Part shown: piece by piece, positions 18,873 to 27,130 of the stretch
How positions within the stretch are numbered: the stretch's first letter is position 1
How the letters are laid out: each line of letters begins with the position of its first letter
NCBI GenBank assembly: GCA_035259785.1
Contig: DATFVZ010000095.1
Coordinates: 2,100-66,099, forward strand
DNA from: Gemmatimonadales bacterium
Lineage (GTDB): Bacteria; Gemmatimonadota; Gemmatimonadetes; Gemmatimonadales; GWC2-71-9
Direction of reading: 5' to 3'
Length of the DNA stretch: 64,000 nucleotides
Program-made: the position numbers and the translations under genes
Notes under the pieces: model-generated
Seen by the model: only the letters and a program-made list of their open reading frames with translations
Database searches by the model: none
Told to the model about the DNA's origin: nothing

Positions 18873-18897
18873 CGTCGCAGTATCCTAGCGTCGCCTT
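18814..18897. repeat. Nested inverted-repeat cluster built from the motif GCGACGCTAG (REP-like element / bidirectional terminator)
   Basis: Direct copies start at 18816, 18847 and 18863. There is a perfect 16-bp palindrome, GCGACGCTAGCGTCGC (18863-18878). AAGGCGACGCTAGGA (18844-18858) pairs with TCCTAGCGTCGCCTT (18883-18897). The cluster lies between convergent mutM and the DUF1854 gene. Confidence 0.6.
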
Positions 18898-18919
18898 ACC
18901 CTACCGTCGCCTCATCCGA

Positions 18920-19432
18920 TCAGTCCACAAAGGCCCACAACAACTCGCGACTCTGCTTATCGAGGTGCTCCGGCTGGCTGAGGTGGTACAGGTCCCCCGC
19001 CAGATCCCGGATGAGCAGTCCACCGTGCGGCAGGCCGCGCGGCCAGTCGTCGAGCCGCGTTTGAAACGTGCGCGGGCCCTGCCGAGTCTCGACCTGCCAA
19101 CGCCGAATCTCGACCTCCTCCTCGATTTCCAGCACGCTCGTGACCTCGAAGACGAATCCGGCGACGGCGAGGGCTCTCTCGAGCGCCGCGCGTGAGCGCG
19201 CGTCGAGATCCACCGGATCTTTCACGAACGCGAACTCCTCTTCGTCCGCGTCGCGAAGCGATAAGTGGCGTGCCGGCTCAGTCCATGGGAAGCAACGGCG
19301 AACGGATACCGGTCGCTCCTCCTCACCGCGTACGGCCCAGAGCGAACCGTCGGCCCGCCACTCGAGCGTCAGTTCCGCCCGAGTGGCGGTCGCCGATTTG
19401 CCAAAAGTCAGCGTCATGGCACCCCCTTTCAT
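18920..19432 (-). CDS. DUF1854-like protein
   Basis: 170 aa. Its start overlaps the upstream ABC gene's stop (ATGA). The sequence flavour (RCFPWTEP...LSLRD..EEFAFV) resembles the DUF1854 family, which usually pairs with ABC exporters. This is recalled by eye, not searched. Confidence 0.6.
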   Translation of the reverse strand: MKGGAMTLTFGKSATATRAELTLEWRADGSLWAVRGEEERPVSVRRCFPWTEPARHLSLRDADEEEFAFVKDPVDLDARSRAALERALAVAGFVFEVTSVLEIEEEVEIRRWQVETRQGPRTFQTRLDDWPRGLPHGGLLIRDLAGDLYHLSQPEHLDKQSRELLWAFVD

Positions 19433-21738
19433 TGAAGCTGCAGCTGCAGCTCGTACAGTCTCCGGTACATCCCCTCAGACCGCTGCAAGAGCTCCGCGTG
19501 CGTTCCATGCTCGACCAGCCGGCCTTCTTCGATCACGAACAGCCGCGACGCCTTCCGCAGCGTCGACAGGCGGTGCGCGATCGCAAACACCGTCCGCCCT
19601 GCCACGAGCCGCTCGAGCGCCTGCTGGATTTCCCGCTCGGTCTCCGTATCGACGCTGCTGGTTGCCTCGTCGAGAATGAGAATCCGCGGGTTGTGCAGAA
19701 TCGCTCGCGCGATCGACACCCGCTGGCGCTCACCACCTGACAGCGTGTGGCCGCGCTCACCCACCACTGTGTCATAGCCGTGCTGCAGCTTGGTGATGAA
19801 GTCGTGCGCGTTGGCCGCCTGCGCCGCCACGATGACCTGCGCGAGCGGCGCATCGGGCAAGCCATAGCGGATGTTCTCGAGCACGGTGCCGTGAAACAGA
19901 TACGGGTCCTGCAGCACCATGCCGATCTGCCGGCGGAAGTGCCCCGTATCGAGCCGCCGGATGTCGACGCCGTCGATCCGAATCGCGCCACCCGTAACGT
20001 CGTAGAAGCGCGCAATCAGGTTCACGATCGTCGTCTTGCCGCCGCCCGAAGGTCCGACCAGCCCAATCAGCTCTCCGGGCGTGACGTCGAAGCTCACGCC
20101 GCGGAGCACCTGCCGGACGCCGTCGTAACCGAACGCCACATGTTCGAACGTGACGCGCCCATGGACCGGTTCGAGGCGCACCGGTTCCGCGACATCGCGT
20201 ACCTCGGGCTCGGTGTCGAGCACCTCGAACACCCGATGCGCCGACGTCGTCGCCCGATTGATCGTGCGCGCCATCTGGCCGATCACGTCGATCGGCCCGA
20301 GGAACATCGTCGTGTAAAGCAAGAACGAGACGAACGTTCCTACCGGCAGCGCCACCCCATCGCCCAGGAGCCGCGGCACGGCGAATACCCAAACCGTCAC
20401 GGTCATCGTGTGTACGCCCAGGACAAGCAGCGGCCAGAACGTGGTCCACGAGGCGTGAATGCGATTGAACTCCGCCGTCACGTCCTCATTGCGTTCGCCA
20501 AAGCGCTCGATTTCGCGCTGCTCCTGATTGAACGCCTTGACGACCCGAATGCCCGGTATCGTGTCGGACAGCACGTCCGTCACGCGTGACCATTTGCGCC
20601 ACGCTCGGATGAACAGCCGGCTGATGTTCTCACCGTGCCGGTAAATCACCCAGCAGAAGAACGGCACCGGCACCGTCATGATCAGGCCGAGTCTCCAGTC
20701 GAGCGTGAGCAGGACCGTGCCGAGTCCCAGGAGCTGCACGAGCGAGAGCGACACGTCCACGACGCCGAACGCCAGGAACTCCCAAAGCCGGTCGGTATCG
20801 GCGGACACACGCGTGATCAAGCTCCCCGTGCGCTTGCGTGAGAAGAACGCGAGCGACAGTCGCTGGATGTGCTCGTACAGCTCGTCGCGCAGATCACGCG
20901 CGACCCACTCGCCCAGGATCGCCATAAGCCGCAGCCGGATGTGCGCCGCGGCCTGCTTGACGAGGTACACGACCGCCATTGCTGCGACGGCGATCCATGC
21001 GATCGTCCAGGCCCGCTCGAGCGGCAATGCACCCGCCTGCGCCGGCCGCACGACATGATCGATCAGGACACCAGCGAGGTACGGCGGGATCAGGCTCACC
21101 AGCGTGATCACCGTCGCCGCTCCCATGCCCAGGGTGAGCTGCCGGCGATACGGCTTCAGATAGCCGATCAATCGTCGCAGCACGGCGGTCTGACGACCGG
21201 ACACGAGGGCCTGGGCTTCGCGAATGGGTCGCGCGATGCTCTCGGCATAGACGCGATCGGCATCCATACCTGGGATCTCATGTCGGGCACCCGTCCCCCG
21301 TGCTGCGTCTCCCATCCCCTCTTCGAGCACGAATCGAATGTTCTCGAAGGCGCGCCGCTGCCGATGCGTGTAGCGCACGAGCGCGAGGGCGGGCTCGTCC
21401 GGTGGACCGAGGATCGTCAGCGTGTTTGCCGAGAGCCCCGGCGCTTCACGGACCGCCTGTATCGAACGCCGCTCAAAGCTGCGGATCTCCCACTCCTCGC
21501 CGGAACGGCGCGCCACCGCCACGTGGCGCGGGCCAAGCGCCACCCATGCCTCCGTCAGCCGCAGGCTTTGATCGAGGTCCGCGAGCGCATAGAGCTGAAC
21601 TGGGGCTCCCTGCCAGACGCGCTCGATCTCCCGTCGCAGCTCCGCAGGTAGACGCAGGGGCTGCGCGATATATCGCGTTATGATTTGATCGTCGAGTTGT
21701 TGCACCGTGCTCATGTCTTTGATCCTCGAGTTAACCAC
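19429..21738 (-). CDS. ABC transporter, fused permease/ATPase (exporter type) with an N-terminal cytoplasmic extension of about 190 aa
   Basis: Six-TM exporter core. Walker A GPSGGGKTT, signature LSGGERQR, Walker B ILILDEATS. The start could be ATG at 21714 (MSTVQQ) rather than 21738. Confidence 0.9.
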   Translation of the reverse strand: MVNSRIKDMSTVQQLDDQIITRYIAQPLRLPAELRREIERVWQGAPVQLYALADLDQSLRLTEAWVALGPRHVAVARRSGEEWEIRSFERRSIQAVREAPGLSANTLTILGPPDEPALALVRYTHRQRRAFENIRFVLEEGMGDAARGTGARHEIPGMDADRVYAESIARPIREAQALVSGRQTAVLRRLIGYLKPYRRQLTLGMGAATVITLVSLIPPYLAGVLIDHVVRPAQAGALPLERAWTIAWIAVAAMAVVYLVKQAAAHIRLRLMAILGEWVARDLRDELYEHIQRLSLAFFSRKRTGSLITRVSADTDRLWEFLAFGVVDVSLSLVQLLGLGTVLLTLDWRLGLIMTVPVPFFCWVIYRHGENISRLFIRAWRKWSRVTDVLSDTIPGIRVVKAFNQEQREIERFGERNEDVTAEFNRIHASWTTFWPLLVLGVHTMTVTVWVFAVPRLLGDGVALPVGTFVSFLLYTTMFLGPIDVIGQMARTINRATTSAHRVFEVLDTEPEVRDVAEPVRLEPVHGRVTFEHVAFGYDGVRQVLRGVSFDVTPGELIGLVGPSGGGKTTIVNLIARFYDVTGGAIRIDGVDIRRLDTGHFRRQIGMVLQDPYLFHGTVLENIRYGLPDAPLAQVIVAAQAANAHDFITKLQHGYDTVVGERGHTLSGGERQRVSIARAILHNPRILILDEATSSVDTETEREIQQALERLVAGRTVFAIAHRLSTLRKASRLFVIEEGRLVEHGTHAELLQRSEGMYRRLYELQLQLQ

Positions 21739-22028
21739 AACAGAACGGCCTCCCAGGTCCCATGAAGCACCCGGAAGGCCGGATCACGGCGCGAACTAGA
21801 TCCGATCGACTTCTAGGGTGCTCCTCCACCTCCACCAGCGCCCGAGATTCCGGACGCAATACGCCCACGAGCATCGACAAATGGCGCGACCCGGCACTGC
21901 GTGCCCGGCCCCGCCCAGATGCGGCGCAGCATTGGCGTATCGGTGGAGTGACGAATCATGTCAGTTGAGGCATCCTTTTTCGTGCGTGAGTCCGTACTGC
22001 GCGAGGTGCTTCGACCAAACTAAGAAGT

Positions 22029-22095
22029 GGTACGAACCCGGGCAAGCCCGGGATTCACACGGGTCGCATCAGATCCACAGTTTCGGCTTCGTACC
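22029..22095. other. Stem-enclosed structured element in a 434-bp non-coding gap
   Basis: GGTACGAA (22029-22036) is perfectly complementary to TTCGTACC (22088-22095). The pair encloses the hairpin CCCGGG-CAAG-CCCGGG (22037-22052). Function and strand are unknown. Confidence 0.3.
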
Positions 22096-22172
22096 AGAGC
22101 AGCTACGCGTGTTTTACGGCAGTCGCACGCTCGGCGGTGTCATCGTCTACCTGCGACTGCGAGCGCCAACGG

Positions 22173-22664
22173 TCATGCGGATGGGTGAGCACTGATCGAC
22201 ACGATTCTCCCCCGCGGCGGAATCCCCGGTTCGAGCTCCAAAATCCCCACGCTCGGCAGGATCCCAAACCGCGACGCCCCTGCCCCGCCTGGGTTCATCA
22301 CGGTCACCGTCTTATCCACCAGCTGGAGCAACGGCCGGTGGCTATGCCCAAAAATGATGATCTCAGCGTTCGGAAACGCCTCGTGCAGCACGGCGGGATT
22401 GGGACTGCCGAACTGATCACCATGGGTCACAACGATCGAAAATCCCTCCAACTCAAGCTCGGCAACCTGCGGCAACTTGGCGCGCAACGCGGAAGCATCG
22501 CTGTTGCCGTAGACAGCCGTAACGGGCGCGAGCGCGCGCAGCTCGATCAGGATCTCCTCCGGCCCAACGTCGCCACCGTGCAGGATGTGGTCGACTTCAC
22601 GAAAGATCTCGAACACCTGCGGGCGCAGCAGGCCATGCGTGTCTGAGATTACGCCAAGCCTCAT
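22173..22664 (-). CDS. Metallophosphoesterase (YfcE/MJ0936 family)
   Basis: 163 aa: MRLGVISDTHG...HGGD...GNSD...GHSH. Confidence 0.85.
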   Translation of the reverse strand: MRLGVISDTHGLLRPQVFEIFREVDHILHGGDVGPEEILIELRALAPVTAVYGNSDASALRAKLPQVAELELEGFSIVVTHGDQFGSPNPAVLHEAFPNAEIIIFGHSHRPLLQLVDKTVTVMNPGGAGASRFGILPSVGILELEPGIPPRGRIVSISAHPSA

Positions 22665-23326
22665 CGCCGCGGCTGACGGCCGAGCTGCCGGGCAACCTCA
22701 GCGGTCCACTCCGCCTGCTTGTCCGACCGCAGTCCGTGGTCCGTCTCGGCATCGTACCGCTGTTGCTCAGCCTTCTCATCCTGAATAAGGAGCCCCGCCA
22801 GGTTCGTGAGCTCGTCATCCGTCTTGCGACAGGCGTTCGCGAGCGCTGCGAAGTATCGCGCCATGCTCCGCGCGTGTACCTCGGCGAGATCGAAGTGGGT
22901 TTGCTCGTGTCCGAGCGTGCTCCGGCGCAGGACCGTGTCGCTCAGCACCACCGCCTTGACCCAGGACTGCCGAGGTCGGAACGCAGCGATCGCACGAAAA
23001 TCGAACACGTTGTCCTTGCATTTCCACGCATAGAACAACGCATAGGCCGTCTTCGCGACCTCGTCACCGTCACCGGGGGCGGGGGGCCGGCCGCGGAAAT
23101 CACGCCACGTGAGCCGGCGGGTCGCCGACCACGGAAAGGCTGAGTCCGCGCCTACGTTGGCCCCTAGCAGGGCTTCCAGGGACCTCGACTGTACAGGCGC
23201 AGGCGGGGGGCCGGAGGGCCGCCGCCCCGTCGTCGGTGTGGGCGACTCGGGCGCAGACGCCCCCCCCCCGTGTCCACAACCCAGCAACACGAGCAGCGCG
23301 GTGAGGAATCGGAAACGCGTGGTCAG
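22661..23326 (-). CDS. Lipoprotein, DUF922-like putative zinc protease
   Basis: HEQTHFDL (HExxH). Lipoprotein signal TTRFRFLTALLVLLGC. The only start giving a normal signal peptide is CTG at 23326, which overlaps the upstream stop as CTGA. Canonical in-frame GTG starts lie further upstream, inside the aminopeptidase gene (23323..24972). Confidence 0.55.
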   Translation of the reverse strand: MTTRFRFLTALLVLLGCGHGGGASAPESPTPTTGRRPSGPPPAPVQSRSLEALLGANVGADSAFPWSATRRLTWRDFRGRPPAPGDGDEVAKTAYALFYAWKCKDNVFDFRAIAAFRPRQSWVKAVVLSDTVLRRSTLGHEQTHFDLAEVHARSMARYFAALANACRKTDDELTNLAGLLIQDEKAEQQRYDAETDHGLRSDKQAEWTAEVARQLGRQPRR

Positions 23327-24972
23327 GGTCCAGGGGTCGGAGCGCTCGCGGCCGCCCCAACGTTGCGTGCGGTTACGTAGAAGTTCTCGTCCACACGCAG
23401 CTCGCCCGCTTTCGGCGACGCCACGTCCAACCCCTGCCACGACTCGGTGGGACGCAGAATCCGCGTGCCGAGCCCCGGGACGTTGACGCGCACCGCCATG
23501 TCGAATCCGGCGACGACGTTGGCCCACCGGTAATCGAGCCCGCCGTCGCGAATGCGATACTCGAACACCGGGATCTGCGTGGTGGTGAGATACTGCGCGA
23601 ACACTTTACTGAGATCCAGACCGGCTTCGCGACTGATAAAGTCTTGCACTTGCTTGCCGGTGACCGTTTGATGGTAGAAAGCCTTGTTCAGCCCCCGCAA
23701 GATATCGCGCCACTTGGCATCGTCGTCGATGATCGAGCGAATCGTATGGAGCATGTTCCCACCCTTGGGATACATGTCGCCCGAGCCTTGCGCGTTGACG
23801 CCAAACGCCGGAATGATCGGCCGATCGTTCCGAATTCCGCCGCGTGTCCCGATGATATACGCCGCGCCCGCGACCTTCCCGAGCCGGCACTCGGTATAGA
23901 TCCCTTCGGAGTAATTGCCGAAGCTCTCGTGCAACCACATGTCGGCATGATCCTGCGCCGAGATGTTGTTGCCCCACCACTCATGCGCACTCTCGTGCAC
24001 GATGATGAAATCCCACTGCAGCCCGAGGCCCGTTCCCGAGAGATCACGCCCCCGGTAGCCATTGAGATAATGGTTGCCGTAGGCAACAGCGCTCTGATGC
24101 TCCATGCCGAGGTGCGGCGTCTCGACCAGTTTGTAGCCGTCGGCGTACCAGGGAAATGGGCCGAACCAGTATTCAAAGCAGCGCAGCGTCGACACCGCCT
24201 GCTTGAACTGGCCGCGCGCGGTGTCCGCATGATACGCGAGCGGCCAGAAGTCGAGGGACAACTTCCCTGCCTCTCCTGCGAGCGTATCGCTGAAGTGCGC
24301 GTAGGGGCCGGCATTGATCGTCACATTGTAGTTGTTGATCGGGGCAGTGACGAACCACTCATACGTCGTCGTACCGTCGCCGTTGCGCTTCGTGCTTCGC
24401 AGCCTGCCGTTCGAAACATCGATCAGCGAATCCGGAACGGTGATCGCGATGCGCTGGCTATCCGGCTCGTCCGCTGCGTAGTCCTTGTTGGGCCACCAGA
24501 TGCTTGCCCCTGTTCCTTCGTTCGCGGTTGCGATCCACGGATGGCCCAGGCTGTCCGTCGCGAACGCGAAGCCCCCATCCCACGGCAGGCGTCGGCCGAT
24601 GTGGGGTTTGCCGCGATACCACACGGTGATCGTGCGGGTTTCGCCTGACCGTTGACCGGTCTGCAGCGTAACAAAGAACGCATTCCCATCGCGCCGATAT
24701 CGCAGCTTCCTGCGATCCTGAATGATGCTGTCGACCTCGAGGGGCGTCTGCAGATCGATTTGCATGCCGGTCGCGCCGGGAGTCCCGAGCACCTGATAGG
24801 TGATGCCATTCCAGCCCGTGATGCTCGAATCGGCCGGGTTCACGCGCACGTGCAGGTCGTAAAACTTTGCGTCCCACCAAGCGCGCCCTGGTCCATTCGA
24901 GCCACGCAGTGTATCGGCATGCGTGTAGCGCGTCGTGTCTTGGACCGCGAGGATGAAGAGCAATGCGATCAT
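23323..24972 (-). CDS. M1-family aminopeptidase (secreted)
   Basis: HESAHEWWGN plus the downstream WLHESF glutamate. ATG at 24972 gives the signal-like N-terminus MIALLFILAV and abuts the upstream stop. Confidence 0.88.
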   Translation of the reverse strand: MIALLFILAVQDTTRYTHADTLRGSNGPGRAWWDAKFYDLHVRVNPADSSITGWNGITYQVLGTPGATGMQIDLQTPLEVDSIIQDRRKLRYRRDGNAFFVTLQTGQRSGETRTITVWYRGKPHIGRRLPWDGGFAFATDSLGHPWIATANEGTGASIWWPNKDYAADEPDSQRIAITVPDSLIDVSNGRLRSTKRNGDGTTTYEWFVTAPINNYNVTINAGPYAHFSDTLAGEAGKLSLDFWPLAYHADTARGQFKQAVSTLRCFEYWFGPFPWYADGYKLVETPHLGMEHQSAVAYGNHYLNGYRGRDLSGTGLGLQWDFIIVHESAHEWWGNNISAQDHADMWLHESFGNYSEGIYTECRLGKVAGAAYIIGTRGGIRNDRPIIPAFGVNAQGSGDMYPKGGNMLHTIRSIIDDDAKWRDILRGLNKAFYHQTVTGKQVQDFISREAGLDLSKVFAQYLTTTQIPVFEYRIRDGGLDYRWANVVAGFDMAVRVNVPGLGTRILRPTESWQGLDVASPKAGELRVDENFYVTARNVGAAASAPTPGP

Positions 24973-25412
24973 AGTTGTGCGAACACGCGTTCTCCCTTGA
25001 ATTTTTTGGCCCGCGAGTCCCAGGGGAAAAAGATCACGACGCGAAACTCGACCGTATCGCCGGTCGGCGCGTACGAAAGCCATTTCCCCTTGTGGGTACC
25101 TGTCACCTTGGCTTCTTCACAGACACCCTGAGGGCCAATCACGATCCGTTGGAGATCGAAATGGATGTCCGGAAATGCGCCGAGTAGCTCCATGTAGAAG
25201 CGGGTTGCACCAGCGTGGCCTTCCCAGCGGGCTCCCGCTTCGCCGACCACTTCGTAGACACAGTCGGGCGTCAGCGTGGCAATCAACCCGGCAATGTCGC
25301 GCTTGTCCTCTGCAATTGAGTGCGCCTTCCACAGCTCGCGCACCTCGCGATACAACTCGGGCGTCACTTCGCGTGCGAGCAACTCTCGAACGTCCATCTC
25401 TACCCCTGCCAT
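24969..25412 (-). CDS. SnoaL-like / NTF2-fold protein (ester-cyclase-like)
   Basis: 147 aa. The pattern ...DCVYEV...FYMELLGAFPDIHFDL...VTGTHKG is typical of SnoaL-like cyclase-fold proteins. Confidence 0.6.
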   Translation of the reverse strand: MAGVEMDVRELLAREVTPELYREVRELWKAHSIAEDKRDIAGLIATLTPDCVYEVVGEAGARWEGHAGATRFYMELLGAFPDIHFDLQRIVIGPQGVCEEAKVTGTHKGKWLSYAPTGDTVEFRVVIFFPWDSRAKKFKGERVFAQL

Positions 25413-25987
25413 GGTTTCAAGAGCGCGATCCCCAGGTCAAGGTGATCGAGGATCCGCTGCACGACAAAGTCCACCAGCTGCCCGACTTCCTTGGGTCGCT
25501 GGTAGAATCCAGGAGCCGCCGGCAAGATGACCGCGCCAGCCTCGGCGGCCAGCACCAGGTTGCGAAGATGGACCAGCGATAGCGGCGTCTCCCGCGGCAC
25601 GAGCACGAGCTTGCGGCGCTCCTTGAGCGTCACGTCGGCGGCGCGCTCGATCAGCGAGCGGCTCGTGCCGTGTGCGATCGCGGCCATCGTGCCCATCGAG
25701 CATGGACACACGACCATCCCCTGCGTCTTCACCGATCCCGACGCCGGCTGGGCGCCACGATCGCCGTCGTTGAAGACGCGCACACTCGCCCACTGGCCTC
25801 CGGTGGCTTTCTTGAGACCGGATTCGTCTTTGATCCCGCACTCTTCGGCGAGGAGTCGCCACCCGTGCGATGACACAAGCAGCCAAGTGGAGACGGAGTT
25901 CGTCGCGAGCATTTCGAGCAGGCGTACGGCGTAGGGCGCGCCCGAGGCGCCGGTAATGGCGAGGACGATCGGTGGCGACTCGGGCAC
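25400..25987 (-). CDS. ubiX: Flavin prenyltransferase UbiX
   Basis: 195 aa: LAITGASGAPYAVRLLEML...VVCPCSMGTMAAIAHG. Confidence 0.92.
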   Translation of the reverse strand: MPESPPIVLAITGASGAPYAVRLLEMLATNSVSTWLLVSSHGWRLLAEECGIKDESGLKKATGGQWASVRVFNDGDRGAQPASGSVKTQGMVVCPCSMGTMAAIAHGTSRSLIERAADVTLKERRKLVLVPRETPLSLVHLRNLVLAAEAGAVILPAAPGFYQRPKEVGQLVDFVVQRILDHLDLGIALLKPWQG

Positions 25988-25996
25988 GGCGTCCTG

Positions 25997-27049
25997 TCAG
26001 TTGCCTTTGCGGCCGGTCACGATGATGATCTCCGAGAAGACGTCTTTGCCGGCAACGGCGGCAGGGTATTGCTGACCGGGCCGGTCGAACCGCGGACCGG
26101 ACTCGCCGACCGCCAGCAGCAGACCTACGAACTGGGATTGGTTTCCGAGCTCGGTCATGAACGTGGAATCGGCAGCGGGCTGCAGTTTGCCCTGCCGATC
26201 CGGGCGGAGATACTGCATTCCTCCATGTTGGCCATTCTCCGCCACGCTGCGAAAGAATTTGAACGAGGGCCAGCGGCGCCGGTAAAACGCTTCCACCTGA
26301 TCGATCGACTGGTCCGTTACCCAGCTGCGTCCCGTATGGCTTGCGAACCGCGGGCCCTCGTGGAGTCCCGTCGCTGCGAGCACCGCGTGGCCATTGGGCC
26401 AGGCCACGGCGCGGTCCGGAATGGGAACCGCCGCGAGGTCCTGAAAGATGAGCGACAGGATATGCTTGCCCCCTTCGACTGGGCGTATCACCTCGGCCGC
26501 TTCATCGTACGATCCCATGTCCGACAAGGTGACGGTGAGAAACTCGCGATAGCGGACGTTGCGCGAATCGAGCGCGACGGCGCGCCGAGCATGGGCGAGC
26601 ATTTGTACGGTGTCGACATCGACGCCGAACTCACCCTCGCGCAGCACCGGCCGACCGTCGCTTAACAGCCGGGCTTTCCAGAAATGCGCGGCCGGGTCGT
26701 CGGGACGAAGCTTGAGCGCGCTGTCGAGGGCAGCCTGAAATCGAGACTCGTCGAACGTGCTGTCGAGGACGCAGCCGTGCTCCGGAGAGCATTGGGCGCT
26801 GCGGGCCGGTTGAAGGATGAATCGCCCGACGCGTCCGAGCAGTACCCACGCCGCCACGTCGTCTGGTGAAGCCTGGAGATACGCTTCGATCTGCGAACGT
26901 GCCCGCGCGAGGCTGCCGGAATCGAGTGCGAAGTACCTATCGCTTCCTGGCTCCCGCAGCTCCGAACGCTCGGCTCGCGCGACCTGCTCCTCTACGCTCC
27001 GCAGAGCGCCGGGTCCCTGCAGCGCCAGGATTAGTAAGAAAACTGTCAC
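25997..27049 (-). CDS. Hypothetical secreted protein
   Basis: 350-aa ORF with coding-like composition and a hydrophobic N-terminus (MTVFLLILALQ). No recognisable catalytic motif. It ends 9 nt upstream of the ubiX start. Confidence 0.55.
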   Translation of the reverse strand: MTVFLLILALQGPGALRSVEEQVARAERSELREPGSDRYFALDSGSLARARSQIEAYLQASPDDVAAWVLLGRVGRFILQPARSAQCSPEHGCVLDSTFDESRFQAALDSALKLRPDDPAAHFWKARLLSDGRPVLREGEFGVDVDTVQMLAHARRAVALDSRNVRYREFLTVTLSDMGSYDEAAEVIRPVEGGKHILSLIFQDLAAVPIPDRAVAWPNGHAVLAATGLHEGPRFASHTGRSWVTDQSIDQVEAFYRRRWPSFKFFRSVAENGQHGGMQYLRPDRQGKLQPAADSTFMTELGNQSQFVGLLLAVGESGPRFDRPGQQYPAAVAGKDVFSEIIIVTGRKGN

Positions 27050-27130
27050 GGCCCAAACATACCCTCTGGCTACCTACGCCGCGCGGGCGTTAATTCGACG
27101 GGACGATTCTCACTTCTTCCCGAGGCGCCG

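Noticed and set aside
21813-21840. A tmRNA/tRNA-like 3' end (TCTAGGGTGCTCCTCCACCTCCACCA) preceded by a 5-bp stem (CTAGA...TCTAG).
   Set aside because: The stem's loop is 11 nt and lacks the TTCGA T-loop consensus. A tmRNA body of 350 nt or more upstream would lie inside the ABC transporter coding sequence. No acceptor-stem partner was found.
21813-21959. A 48-aa minus-strand ORF (MIRHSTDTPMLRRIWAGPGTQCRVAPFVDARGRIASGISGAGGGGGAP) upstream of the ABC exporter, considered as a RiPP or bacteriocin precursor.
   Set aside because: By eye, about 60% of third positions are G or C, well below the neighbouring genes. There is no Shine-Dalgarno sequence. The exporter has no C39 peptidase domain, and no maturation enzymes are nearby. 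It cannot be excluded without conservation data.
22029-22052. The GTACGAACCCGGGCAAGC segment resembles the GUACUGAACCCGGGUAGGC stretch of bacterial RNase P RNA.
   Set aside because: The universally conserved GAGGAAAGTCCGGGC and GGGTGAAA/ACAGAA(N)CCGGCTTA blocks are absent from the gap on either strand. It is kept only as an unexplained stem-loop.
23260-23269. A C10/G10 homopolymer just after the lipobox cysteine of the DUF922-like lipoprotein, considered as a slipped-strand phase-variation switch.
   Set aside because: Comparable runs occur in ordinary genes of this window, where they simply encode poly-Gly or poly-Pro linkers (C9 at 30296-30304 in the ubiA-family gene, G9 at 43393-43401 in mrp, and poly-Gly in the amidase). 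The tract is therefore more likely compositional. It remains a possible sequencing-error hotspot.
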